Notes under the pieces: generated by a model
What the model was told of the DNA's origin: nothing
What the model saw: only the letters and a program-made list of their open reading frames with translations
Databases searched by the model: none
Shown: positions 51,637 to 63,574 of the stretch, piece after piece
Position numbering within the stretch: position 1 is the stretch's first letter
Layout of the letters: the number at the start of each line of letters is the position of its first letter
Assembly: GCA_951406725.2 (NCBI GenBank)
Contig: OX597830.1
Location: 59,458,001 to 59,522,000 of the forward strand
Origin: Octopus vulgaris
Taxonomy: Eukaryota
Direction of reading: 5' to 3'
DNA length: 64,000 nt
Made by a program: the position numbers and the translations under genes

Positions 51637-51927
51637 ATGATCAATCTCTGAGAATTTCCCTTCAAAGAATGGTATTTCCACATCATTTATAATCTGAAAG
51701 ATGGTATTGTACTTCTGGACAACCATTTGAAGTTTGCTGATTGCAGTCTGCAGTTCTGTCAGTCGAACATCCCCTAATATATCTGTAACACTTATCTGAC
51801 TTGTAAACTCCACTGGTTCCAAAGAAAGATATCGCATTTCTTTAAGTATTCTCAGAAGATCAGCAGGTAAATTAACGTAGATAACAGAAGGTCTGTCTTG
51901 TTCAGTTTCATCAAATTCTTCAGCTGT
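51637..51927 (-). CDS. Dynein exon 4: TAEEFDETEQDRPSVIYVNLPADLLRILKEMRYL...FFEGKFSEIDH
   Basis: Acceptor attctag, donor gtaagt; 291 nt, phase 0-0. Contains the 'VN....L...L.E.RYL' DHC_N1 motif. Confidence 0.92.
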
Positions 51928-51965
51928 CTAGAATATAAAAAGAAATAGGTGTTTTACGTATGTAT

Positions 51966-52007
<42 letters not shown>

Positions 52008-52047
52008 TGGTGGTGGTGGTGGTGGTGGTGGTGGTGGTGGTGGTGGT

Positions 52048-52478
52048 GCCACAGTCGAACCAATTCTACTATATAGCTCAGAAACCTGGAAATTATTAAG
52101 GAAGCTTGAGAGGCGGTTGGATGGAACTTACACTCGCCTCCTTATGAGAGCTCAAAATCTCTCGTGGAAGCGCCATCCAACCAAAATGCAAATATATGGG
52201 AAACTACCACCTGTGTCATCTCTTATGAAAGGTAGGAGAGTCCAGTTTGCTGGACATTGTTGTAGAGCTGAAAAATAGGTAATTTCTACTCTTCTCCTCT
52301 GGAAGCCATCTACTCGCAATACCAGAGGGCGCACACTCTCCTACCCTGATGTAATCTCCAGGGATACAGGCATCCAGCAACAGGACCTCCGTAATTCCAT
52401 GATGGACCGTGAAGTCTGGCGTAGCATGGTAAATTCCATTGTCTCAACCACGGTCGAACAATGATGATGATGATGATG
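52048..52478 (+). mobile_element. RTE-like LINE 3' fragment (second family), (GAT)n tail
   Basis: ATVEPILLYSSETW...RLDGTYTRLLMRAQNLSWKRHPT...RRVQFAGHCCRA. Confidence 0.9.
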
Positions 52479-52635
52479 TATATGCATGCATGAGTTTAAA
52501 TCTTGAGAGCAGAATTTTTAGGTTCATAAAATTGTACAGAATATTTTCTAAAATATCTTCAAATGTTTCACAAGTAGGATTAGTACTAAGTAGTACTAAG
52601 TATATAAGGTACATACTCAACACACCAACACATTC

Positions 52636-52690
<55 letters not shown>

Positions 52691-52780
52691 ACTTCTGGTG
52701 ACTTGACCGAGGAAAGAAGGCCATGAATGACCCGTCTTTTTTCCCTGTCCTTCTAATTGTTGTTTCTCCTGTATATATAT

Positions 52781-52813
<33 letters not shown>

Positions 52814-52985
52814 GTTTAATGTCCGTTTTCCATGCTAGCATGGGTTGGATGGTTCAACTGGGGTCTGGGAAGCCAGGATGCTGTGTCAGACCCAGTCTGA
52901 TCTGGCAGTGTTTCTACAGCTGGATGCCCTTCCTAACGCCAACCACTCCAAGAGTGTAGTGGGTGCTTTTTATATGCCACCTGCA
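52781..52985 (-). mobile_element. SINE-like family C
   Basis: Reverse complement of the family C 3' part. Confidence 0.85.
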
Positions 52986-53001
52986 CAAATGCACACACAT
53001 A

Positions 53002-53094
<93 letters not shown>

Positions 53095-53467
53095 TAGTGT
53101 ATCCTGTGTGTACAAATAGATGTATGATTGCTACTGTTATGTTTAGAGCTAGATTATCCTAATCCAGTCTGCCTCCTGCATAGTCGTTAAGTAGTTTCTA
53201 TACTAAATAGTATTACTAGTTATAAGCTTCAGAGCAATGTAAACACACGTTTATATTATACTTCCTGCATGTATTTCACTGTTGTGATTGTTTAGAGCCA
53301 TCATCATCATCATTATCATCATCACTTAATGTCCATCTTCTGTGCTGGCCTCGGTTGGATGGGTTCACAAGAGTTGGCAACCCATGAAGACTGCATTAAG
53401 CTCTGCTCTCTACTTTGCTATGGTTTCTATGTCGGGATATTTTCCCTAATGCCAATCACTTTACAGA

Positions 53468-53681
53468 TACTCTTTTACTCTTTTACTTGTTTCAGTCATT
53501 TGACTGTGGCCATGCTGGAGCACTGCCTTTTAGTCAAACAAATCGACCCCAGGACTTATTCTTTGTAAGCCTAGTACTTATTCTATCGGTCTCTTTTGCT
53601 GAACCGCTAAGTTACGGGGACGTAAACACACCAGCATCAGTTGTCAAGCGATGTTAAGGGGACAAGCACACACACAAACAT

Positions 53682-53722
<41 letters not shown>

Positions 53723-53896
53723 CACATATATACAACGGGCTTCTTTCAGTTTCCATCTTCCAAATCTACTCACAAGGCTTTAGTCAGCCCGAGGCTATAG
53801 TAGAAGACACTTGCCCAAGGTGCCATACAGTGGGACTGAACTTGGAACCATGTGGTTCATAAGCAAGCTACTTACCACACAGCTACTCCTACACCT
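53468..53896 (-). mobile_element. SINE family A, full length
   Basis: Matches the family A consensus; tacagat repeated on both flanks. Confidence 0.9.
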
Positions 53897-53907
53897 ATAC
53901 AGATTTA

Positions 53908-55050
53908 TACAAGGGAAAGTAAAAAATTATCCCCCACTTTCACCATAACATATCTTCATTATTGTCACACTGTCTTCTGGTCATGCATGCTTATAGTTGG
54001 TACTATCGTGGTCATGTGGTCAAAGTTTGAGACTGATTGCACTATTTTTCTTTCTGCCTTTACAGTGTAAGCATGGCCATTCCATTGGCACTAATGTGCA
54101 TCAAAGAAGAACAAAGAGCAGTGATCTGATTTCTCTGGTCAGAAGGTGTGTCAGGGGCTGAAATTCCTCGAAGGCTTTTACCACAATACAGGGACAGTGC
54201 ACTACTGCATAGAAGTGTGTATGAGTGAATTGGGAAGTTTAAAAGCGGCCGGACAAGCATGACACACAAAATAGTAGCAGGATGCTTGTCAACCTCCACT
54301 ACTGACAAAAAGAGTCAGCAAGCTTGAGAGATGATAATGGTGAGTTGGAGAACTCACAATACCAGAGGGCACACACTCTCCTACCCTGATGTAATCTCCA
54401 GGGATACAGGCATCCAGCAACAGGACCTCCGTAATGACATGATGGACCGGGAAGTCTGGCATAGTACGGTAAATTCCATTGTCTCGACCACGGTCGAACA
54501 ATGATGATGATGATGGTAGCTCATTCTATGCAGGTTAATCATGGTTCTGCCTATTAAATCATCCACAATGATCTCAGCTTCCATAAGGTCTGTGCAAGAT
54601 GGGTGACAAAAGAGCTTACTGCAGAGCACAAGCACAAACGTCTTGAGGTCGGCCAACGTTTATTTGATTGCTACAATAAAAAGGGCGAGGAATTTTTGAG
54701 CAGAATAGTTACAGGAGATGAAACGTGGGTCCATCATTATGAGGTAGAATCCAAAAGATTGAGTATGGAGTGGAAACATCCTGGCTTGCCAGCAATGAAG
54801 AAATTCAAGGCTCAGTCTTCCACGGGAAAACTGTGCAAGATACAGTGCTTTGCTGGCCAACAAACTGAAGCCAGCAATTTGTGCCAAATACCGAAGCCTA
54901 TTGTCAAAGACAGTATTGTTGTTGCTTGACAATGCACACCCACACACAGCTGCCCAAACCATTGAAACCATTAACCAATTGGGTTCTGAGGTGTTGGAAC
55001 ACTCTGCCTACAGCCCAGATCTCACCCCTTCTGGACCACTCAAAAATAGT
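53908..55050 (+). mobile_element. Decayed mariner transposon, interrupted by an RTE 3' fragment (~54352-54515)
   Basis: N-terminal EEQRAVI*FLWSEGVSGAEI; catalytic RIVTGDETWVHHYE, LLLDNAHPH, HSAYSPDLTPS; frameshifts and deletion. Confidence 0.92.
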
Positions 55051-55235
55051 TTACAAGGGGGGGGGGTGTCTGTGTTTTTAATCTCTTTCATATCCCTTGT
55101 CATCTACTGATTCATAATACTTCATACTAAAGAGATACAGAATTTTTTTTTTTTGGCTTTGTGGTGTTTTTTGCTTTTGCCTTTTGTTTTCTTTTTTAAA
55201 TAGCACATTTTTAGTAGATAAATCATGGTTTATAC

Positions 55236-55314
55236 CAATAATGTTTGCTTGAGTTTTTCTGAACATTGTCTGTCAAGTTTGCTCAGCCATTTTTGAATAG
55301 CATCCAATTTGTAA
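55236..55314 (-). CDS. Dynein exon 3: YKLDAIQKWLSKLDRQCSEKLKQTLL
   Basis: Acceptor ttttcag, donor gtataa; 79 nt, phase 2-0. Matches the DHC_N1 'Y....W.........L.QPLL' segment. Confidence 0.85.
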
Positions 55315-55533
55315 CTGAAAACACCAAATAAAAATAGCGTTACTAAATTAATAAATAACTATTTAATCTCTTACACACAAACTACACATTGTCTTACAAA
55401 AAAAAATTTTGAAATGTTGAGATGATGATTCTAAAACTATATTATTGTTTCCTTTTTATGATTTAAAGGAAATTTTAGCAGGTCAATAATTATGAAGAGG
55501 TTCTGAGGTCATAAGGTACTACATGCAATTATC

Positions 55534-55935
55534 CCCAAAGTCCATCCCCTCCTCACCATGGTGGGGACGCTGGCAACGGGTACTGTCAGAGCTATGCCGT
55601 CGGGAACTTCGGTTCCTGGTAGGGCCACCCAAGGCGGATTGGTCTGACACCGAGTGGTATTAGGGCCACAACCCGGCAGACGGGGCTCTGGTGAAAATCC
55701 TTGGAGTGTCTGTTTCTGCAACCAGCGGTTCCTCAGTCGTTCTGTCCCTGCATCTGCAGATAATCTGCAGTAAACAGGATGTCTCTACATGCGGGATTGT
55801 TAGGGACCGCTTGTGAAATTCATATTCCCACAAAACTTCTTCCACTGCCATGGTTCAAGATGCCTCGAGGGTGGTGGAAGAAGCCGACTCAACCCACCCA
55901 GGGTGAATGTCATCACAAGTACAAGTACAAGTAAG
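55534..55935 (+). mobile_element. Short non-autonomous RTE-derived retroelement with 14-bp TSD and (CAAGTA)n tail
   Basis: TSD TACATGCAATTATC (55520-55533) / TACATACAATTATC (55936-55949); gagctatgcc...gggccacccaag resembles RTE/BovB 5' UTRs. Confidence 0.75.
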
Positions 55936-56537
55936 TACATACAATTATCTCTGAAAAATGCTTAGCAAACCTGCAATGAGCAACATGCTATTTTTGATCA
56001 TCTTAATATTTTCAGAAACACAGTGTATCAAAGACTGCATCATACAGTGTCCTTCATGTTTTAAGACAGTAGTATGAACTTTTGAGAGAAATTTGGCTGT
56101 TATCTCTAGCAAGCTAAGCATTGAGGCATTTGCATGTCCAGGGATTGTTATTTTGCTAAAGCAATTATTTTTACAGTTGGATGGGTTCTTTTTCACAACA
56201 AACCATTTAACTGTAAAGTAAGAATGAAACCTGTTTTGTCAAACACAGATAAAAGAAAACAGAGTTTGGTCTCACTCAGGAGAATAACAACATCATTGTT
56301 AAAAGATATGAATTTATGAGCCTGTGGTAATATAGTCCAACACATTAGCATAACAATCATTGGTCTTACACACACACATTTATTATTCAACATCAGTTGA
56401 CATTCTTTTCTGCAACAAAAGATTCTACTTGAAATGCAAAACTTCTCCATTTCCTTTCACCATAAAACCTATTCCACTGTTTCAGCTATAGACAAACATA
56501 ATATACATATCCATCTCTCTCTCTATCTATATATATA

Positions 56538-56584
<47 letters not shown>

Positions 56585-58693
56585 CGGAGACATGTAGATT
56601 TGTGCTGCATCCAAGAAATAAGGTGAAGAGGAAATTCTACTTGGTTCCTCACAAGTAAGGAACATAGGTATAAGATTTTCTGGGCAGGGAACATTGACGG
56701 AGTTGGTGGTGGTGGTGGTGGGGGGGTATACTTCTTGCGGAGAAATGGGTTGATAAGGTAATCGAAGTAGTCAGAGTTTGTGATAGAATACTTAGGATTA
56801 GATTAGTGCTGCAACATGGATTAACAACCATTATCTTGGCTTACACCCCTCATCCAGGGCTACCTGATGAACAGAAAGACCGATTTTATGACACCCTCTT
56901 GCAGACTATCTCGTCAACGAACGACAAAGACCTTCACTTTGTGGCTGGCGACTTTAATGGGCATGTTGGACAACATGCAGGGAGCTTCCATGGCATACAT
57001 GGAGGCTGTGGTTTTGGTTCCTGCAATGAGGAGGGAACCATGCTGCTGGAGTTCTGCGATGCAGATGATCTTATGGTTTATAACACTAACTTCAGGAAAC
57101 CTGCTAGTCACCTATTCACCTACTGGTCTGGTGGACACACTGGTCAAATTTACTACATCCTCACTAGGAAACAGGAAAGATGACTACTTATAAATGCCAA
57201 AACCTTCCCAGGTGAAGAATGCACTCCACAGCATAGATTAACGACTTCAGGATCAGAGCTAAATGAATGCCCAGAATATGACCAGCATAGAGAAGAAGTG
57301 TCTGGAAGCTTAAGGAACATGCGAATGGACAGAGATTTAGAGATGTATTACTTTTGATGAAATAGAGGAGGATATAGCATCACATGATGTGGAAGACAAC
57401 TGGAGTTTCCTATGGGACAACCTGTTGAGAGCTACTGACCGGATTTGTGGATGGTGCAAAGTTCCCTCTCGACCCAAGGTAAATGTTGGTCGTGGTGGTG
57501 GTGAAACAATGAAGTTGACAGGGCCATGAGGGAAAAGAAACAGGCATGGAAGGACTGGAAGAATAATTGGAGCATGGAATTGTATCAGATTGCCAGAAGG
57601 GAAGCAAAGAGACAAGTTTACTTAGGTAGAGGGGAAGCAGATAAGAAAATATTTGCCAATGTCCTGCATTATGAGGACCAAAGACTTGAAGTGCTTTGTG
57701 TTGCAAGACACTGTGTGAGAGAGAATTGTGATGTAATAGGAAAGAAATGTGTCCGCATGGGTTATGGCTCACTTGCATTTAATGAGGCTGCAAGGAGAGA
57801 TACTGAGAGACACCACTATGAAAGGTTGCTAAATAAAGAGAATGAATGGGAGAAAGAGAGTATGCCGAATGTTGACCCGGCTGAGGGACTGCTATCTGAA
57901 GTGACAGTAGATAAAGCAATTAAGGGTATGAAGACAGGGAAAGCCACTGATGCTATATTTCTGGTAAGACAGCTGCAGGAGAGATACCTAGCCAAAGATA
58001 AACCTCTGTACCTGGCTTTCATTGACATGGAGAAAGCCTTTGACAGGGTCCCCTGATCTGGTGGTCAATGCTGAAACTAGGGATAGATGAGTGGTTAGTG
58101 AGAGCTGTACAAGCCATGTACAGGGATGCTGTCAGTAAGGTGAGGGTTGGCAACAAGTATAGTGAAGAATTCTGAGTAGGGGTAGGGATCCACCAAGGAT
58201 CAGTCCTCAGCTCCCTCTTCTTCATCATAGGCCTCTAGGCAATAACAGAGGAATTCAGAACAGGATGCCCCTGGGAGCTTCTCTATGCTGATGACCTTGC
58301 TCTAATAGCTGAGTTACTAACAGAACTAGAGAAGTTTCAGGTGTGGAAGTAAGGATTAGAATCGAAGGGCCTTAGAGTCAACCTAGCAAAAACCAAAGTC
58401 TTAATAAGTATGAGGGCAGACAAATCCCAAATCCCTTCAGGTAGATGACCCTGATCAATCTGTAGAAAAGGTGTAGGTAGAAACTCCATACGTTATACCT
58501 GGTGTAAGCTATGGATATATAAGAGGTGCAGCAATATGAAAGGAAGGTTAACTAGGAAGATATTTTTTGTGTGTGGTAAATGCTCAGGAGCAATAAACAC
58601 TGAAAATGCACAGCAAACAGCTTCCGTCACATGCCAGGGGGCAAAACTAGAGGTCAGTAGCTGGGGTGGATGCTCTGAAAGTGTAGCTGCTAG

Positions 58694-58695
<2 letters not shown>
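56585..58695 (+). mobile_element. Decayed RTE LINE (APE endonuclease and RT)
   Basis: FVAGDFNGHVG, NEEGTMLLEFC, TDAIFLVRQLQERY, AFIDMEKAFDRVP, GIHQGSVLS, LLYADDL; multiple stops and deletions. Confidence 0.93.
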
Positions 58696-58744
<49 letters not shown>

Positions 58745-59178
58745 GACCGTAGCCAGTACCGCCAGTACCGCATCGACTGGCCTCTGTGCCGTGGGCACAT
58801 AACAAACACCATCCGATCGTAGCTGTCTGCCAGCCTCGTCTGGCACCTGTGTCGGTGGCACATAAGAAAAACACCGAAAGCACCATATCCGAGCGTGGCC
58901 GTCTGCCAGCCTCGTCTGGCACCTGTGTCGGTGGCACATAAAAAACACCATCCTAGCGTGGCTGTCTGCCAGCCTCGTCTGGCACCTGTGTTGGTGGCAC
59001 ATAAAATCACCCACTACACTTTCGGAGTGGTTGGCGTTAGGAAGGGCATCCAGCTGTAGAAACACTGCCAGATCTGACTGGCCTGGTGCAGCCTTCGGGC
59101 TTGCCAGACCCCAGTTGAACCGTCCAACCCATGCTAGCATGGAAAGCGGACGTTAAACGATGATGATGATGATAATGA
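58745..59178 (+). mobile_element. SINE-like family C with ~4 internal ~60-bp tandem units
   Basis: Unit gtctgccagcctcgtctggcacctgtgtcggtggcacataa; (GAT)n tail. Confidence 0.87.
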
Positions 59179-59489
59179 TATATATACACACTGAAGAAAA
59201 TCTGTGTGTTAAGAAGTTCACTCAGCAACACATGTTTCCTTGTATTGCACCTTGGGCAAGTGTCTCCTGCTGTAGCTTAAATTGATCAATATCTTGGGAG
59301 CAGAAACTGTATATGTCACAATGATAAGACCGAAGAGATAGCCATTCTTCAAGATAGGATTTACAGTTACCAGTTTCTATATTTCCGGATAAATTTTCAT
59401 TAGCAGGGAAAAGTCTAAAGAGTTGGAAGACAGTAGGAACCACCTCAATGCATTCTTTATATTAAACTGTTTTCTTTTGTGAGGGTGTG

Positions 59490-59558
<69 letters not shown>

Positions 59559-59753
59559 TTATTAGAAGTCTGAAAAATTTTGTATCATTAGTGAATAAGG
59601 AGAGAATGTTAGAAGGATATGCATGTGAGTGTGGTTAATCTTGAGATAAAGTCAGCCACTGAAGAATTGCATCAAGTGTATGTGACCTGCTTAGAAATCT
59701 ATTTAACTTAAGGAAAATTACATAGATTCAGTCAGATTTAACGAAAATTTTAC

Positions 59754-59857
59754 CATTCAAATTTTTCTAATAATTCCTTGAAATGAGCTTTCATGGTCTG
59801 CTTTTTCTCTTCTTCCTGAATATGTGGACATATCTCTTCTATGTTTGACATTAGTTT
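59754..59857 (-). CDS. Dynein exon 2: KLMSNIEEICPHIQEEEKKQTMKAHFKELLEKFE(C)
   Basis: Acceptor tttgtag, donor gtaaaa; 104 nt, phase 0-2. Confidence 0.85.
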
Positions 59858-60137
59858 CTACAAATATGCAAAAATATATTTTTTTTTAAATTCTTCACAC
59901 TGAGTCTTAGACAATAAATGTTCTCCCCCAAATAAGCATTACAGAAAATGAAACATCAATTGGTACATCCTACTATTCTATAAAAATGCAACATCATATG
60001 TAATTATGATTCAAACTTTAGTTACTATTTATGAAAGCATTGAATTTCTCATCTGAGTGAGGTCGTTTTGATTAGCTGATCAAGACGATCAGATTTGTAT
60101 ACATATTTATATGTGCATATACATGTGTGTGTGTGTC

Positions 60138-60170
<33 letters not shown>

Positions 60171-60451
60171 GTACACACTCCTATACATAAAGATAAATAG
60201 ATAGACAGACAGACAAACAAAGAGGCACGTGGGACAGAGAGGCAGGCAGACAGACAGGCAGGCAGACAGGCTGATGGATATAGCTCCAAGTTATATTTTA
60301 GTTTGTTTATTTTTAACTAGACATACATGCATGTAGCGTTGCAAGTGTGCATATATTGCAACATGCATATGTTTACATATAATGCACACATATCTGGGAT
60401 CTGAAATATTCCACTACACAAACACAAATAGTCATAACAATCAATAAATAC

Positions 60452-60619
60452 GTGAACGTTGTTCAGCAGTCCATGAATCCATAATATCCGACTTATTTCT
60501 GGTGAGAAGTTCCAATGCCTATCTGGAGACTTGTGCTGATCATTGAACATAGCTTCTAAATGTAAGATTTGTTTCCAGAAATCATCTACAAGGTTGTTCA
60601 CTATTCCATTGATGTTTCT
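60452..60619 (-). CDS. Dynein heavy chain exon 1 (in window): RNINGIVNNLVDDFWKQILHLEAMFNDQHKSPDRHWNFSPEISRILWIHGLLNNVH
   Basis: Acceptor tctttag, donor gtattt; 168 nt, phase 0-0. Resembles the DHC_N1 'P..RN.PP.AG.I.W...L' segment. Confidence 0.85.
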
Positions 60620-60927
60620 CTAAAGATTGAACATACAAACCAACAATATTAAATTCGTATTACAGTCAGAGAAATATTGGTTACAAACAGAGAAGCAAAT
60701 TCATGCAAGTGGTTGGATCGTTATCAATTTTGTAAAAATTTCAATTAGTTAAATTGTTAAACGAGTACAGCAATTTGCATGTCCAACTTACAGCAGATGC
60801 ATCATTGAAAGTCTAATTAGCTGTGCCCTGAGATAGTATCTCTTTTAGATGTAAGGATAAAAGGATAAAGAGTTATATAGACTCATGGGGTTAGTTTCCC
60901 AATTTCTGTGGTGTATATATTCCCAAC

Positions 60928-61190
60928 GTGGAGATGCATGGCTTAGTGGTTAGGGTGTCAGCACCATGATCGTAAGATTGTGGTTTCGATTCCTGGACCG
61001 GGCGATGCGTTGTGTTCTTGAGCAAAACACTTCATTTCATGTTGCTCCAGTCCACTCAGCTGGCAAAAATGAGTAACACTGTGATGGACTGGCGTCCCGT
61101 CCAGCTGAGGGAAACACATACGCCATAGAAACCGGGAAACTGGGCCCATGAGCCTGGCTAGGCTTTAAAAGGGCTTATTTTTTATATATT
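60928..61190 (+). mobile_element. Full-length tRNA-derived SINE (V-domain-like body) with 14-bp TSD, inserted antisense into an older copy of the same family
   Basis: TSD TATATATTCCCAAC at 60914-60927 and 61191-61204; A/B boxes; gatggactggcgtcccgtccag. Confidence 0.88.
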
Positions 61191-62158
61191 TATATATTCC
61201 CAACCAGGATGGGATGCCAGTCCATTGCAGTGTAACTCATTTTCTCTAGCTAAGTGGACTGGAGCAATGGGAAATGAAGTATTTTGCTCAAGCTCACAAC
61301 ATGTTTCCTGGTCCAGGAATTAAAACCATATGCAATCATGTGCAATCAGGACTCCAACATGCTAATTACTAAGCCACGTGCCTCTACTTATCAATGTACA
61401 GTGTTAAAAACAGAGAAGTATATCAGAAGCAGTCAAAAATTATCCAGCAGCAACGCCAGCATTGCTAAATATGTATTTCTGTCTTTTGGAGTTCTTTTCA
61501 GTAGCATGTATCACTAGCAGCTGGATGCTAAGACAAAATCCACCATTACTGATATAGTAAAACAATGACTGAAAAATCACAGGCTGAATAAGAATTTGTT
61601 ATGTGCAACAAAAGCTGATTAGTTTAAAATAGCAATGTGTATCATACTTAAAGCATATACATCATGGAAAGCCTAATTAAATGTGGTATTCATCTTGACA
61701 AATACCACAGTTAACTGGGCTTTCAATAATGTATCTGCTTTAAATATGATATTGCTTTAAACTAATATTGCTTCTGTTGCACATAAGGAATTAAGCTAGT
61801 ATTTTTTATTGTTTATTTTAGTGTTGTTTATTCCCAAAGTGTTTATCATTATCCAATATGTTGGGGGGTTTAATATGATAGGATGTGTTTTGAGGGAGAT
61901 TTGGTTGCCATTTCTTGCAGATTTCCAAGTATGGGTTCTCTCACTAGTGTGTTATCAAGCTGATACTTCATAAATATATAATTAAAAACCTCCAAGGCAA
62001 TTATAGAGAATTCAAAATAGGTAGATGTACTGGGTCTTATTGTATTGGTTAAATGGGTCTCAACTTGTCTGCTGTCAACACTTGATTTACTGTGAGAAAC
62101 AACCTGAATATACATTATTTACATTTGATGGATGTTTGTCCTCATTTTGTTTGTTGTT

Positions 62159-62204
62159 AACACAATATTTCGGCTGATTTACCCTCCAGTCTTCATCAGG
62201 TGTC
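62159..62204 (-). ncRNA. Minimal type I hammerhead ribozyme motif (PLE-type)
   Basis: Minus strand GACAC-CTGATGA-A-GACTG(gagggtaaat)CAGCC-GAAA-TA-TT-GTGTT. Confidence 0.72.
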
Positions 62205-62254
62205 TTAGGGAAATTTCGAACTGGGGTTCTCATTCCTAAGGTATTTTCCCCCAA

Positions 62255-62299
62255 GACACCTGATGAAGGCTGGAGGTATATCAGCTGAAACATAGTGTT
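62255..62299 (+). ncRNA. Minimal type I hammerhead ribozyme motif (PLE-type)
   Basis: GACAC-CTGATGA-A-GGCTG(gaggtatat)CAGCT-GAAA-CA-TA-GTGTT. Confidence 0.75.
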
Positions 62300-62879
62300 A
62301 ACAACAAACAAGATGAGAACAAATATTCGTCAAATGTAAATAATGTAAATAATGTAAATAATGTAAATAATGTAAATAATGTACATAATTCCTCATCTCT
62401 TAAATATAGAACTGTAGAACCTGAATATAATATTTCTTTTCCAGTTACTTAATGGCATTATTGGACCTAAAGAGCAAGTTGGTCTAGACACAAGTGTGAT
62501 CTACACATGTGAACATTATTTCTAAGTATAAGTGTGTAGCAAATGAAAACTAAACTTCCTTTTGCATTGTAAGCCAGTCTATTTCATGTCTCTGTTCACA
62601 AGGAATAAATGGAGACACACACAGAATAAAGTAAGCAAAGAGAATTGTCCAATTCTTTGGAGTTCATTCTGGTGCAAACAGCTAGACTATGCGACTAGTT
62701 TTAGAATAACTCCTAACTTACTCCTAATAAACCCAGAACCTCTGAAAAATACCATGAACACTAAACCATTAAACAAATAATTCAATAAACAGGTGCCCCT
62801 ACATAGTTGCTTGGCTTTCTAGAAATATCAGCCAAGTCCCCTGAAATCTCACTCTACTGAGTTAAAGAAATTGCTTTTG

Positions 62880-63505
62880 GATAACTTTTTCCTTGATATA
62901 CACTTTAATTTTAGAGTCCAGGTACGACCATGGGTAGAGTGAATTCTTCAATATAATCCTTTTCTCTACTAGACAAAGTCTGCACCTCATGTTGCCACTA
63001 AGGTAAAGCATGCACTTTTCCACTAATCTCCAGTTGATACAATATTGTGCAGAATTTTCTTTCATTTGCTATTGAAGTTCGGACATTAGGTCACTCCAGA
63101 ATTTGAAAAGATGACTTGTGACTGTTGAGTCTGGCCTTCGAGGGGCCTTTTGTTGCACCCACATATTTCTGTACTTGTGTCACCCAACTGGTATTCTTTA
63201 ATACTACTTCTGCCTTACACATGACCACCTCTGGGAGGCATGTAGCATTGGCCCCGCATGAGCAGCCTGACTCTCTGTTTTTTTTAGGTCTGTTTATTAC
63301 AATTTACTTTATGTCAGGTGTGCAGCTAAAGGAGACCCTCAAAGTACACCTTTTAAAATGTCTCCTGTACTTATGTGTTTATGGAAAAATATTATCTACT
63401 AATTTAAGGAAGATCTTATCATAATCAACTTGAATATAGGACAAGGGCTAAAAGAGGCCAATCTAAGGCACATAACTCCAATCGGCTTAAGAACCATATT
63501 TTTGT
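62880..63505 (-). mobile_element. Decayed Penelope-like element ORF (RT C-terminus/linker and GIY-YIG endonuclease)
   Basis: Minus translation KIFLKLVDNIFP*THKYRRHFKRCTLRVSFSC, GCSC...VVMCKAEV...KYVGATKGPSKARLNSHKSSF, INWRLVEKCMLY...RCRLCLVEKRIILK. Confidence 0.85.
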
Positions 63506-63574
63506 TTTACAGTAGTATTTTCAATCCATTAGCTTCATTGTTTTTTGTTGTTATTTTTTTTGTTCTTTTTAAGA

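Noticed and set aside
54603-55110. Active or domesticated mariner transposase
   Set aside because: It has stops, a frameshift, an internal deletion between catalytic motifs and an RTE insertion.
56193-56487. Minus-strand ORF near an AG acceptor, a candidate dynein exon
   Set aside because: No dynein similarity; the required segment is supplied in the correct phase by 55236-55314.
58775-59010. Regularly spaced repeats superficially like a CRISPR array (also 10733-10975, 21580-21660)
   Set aside because: They are tandem units without unique spacers, inside eukaryotic retroelements, with no cas genes.
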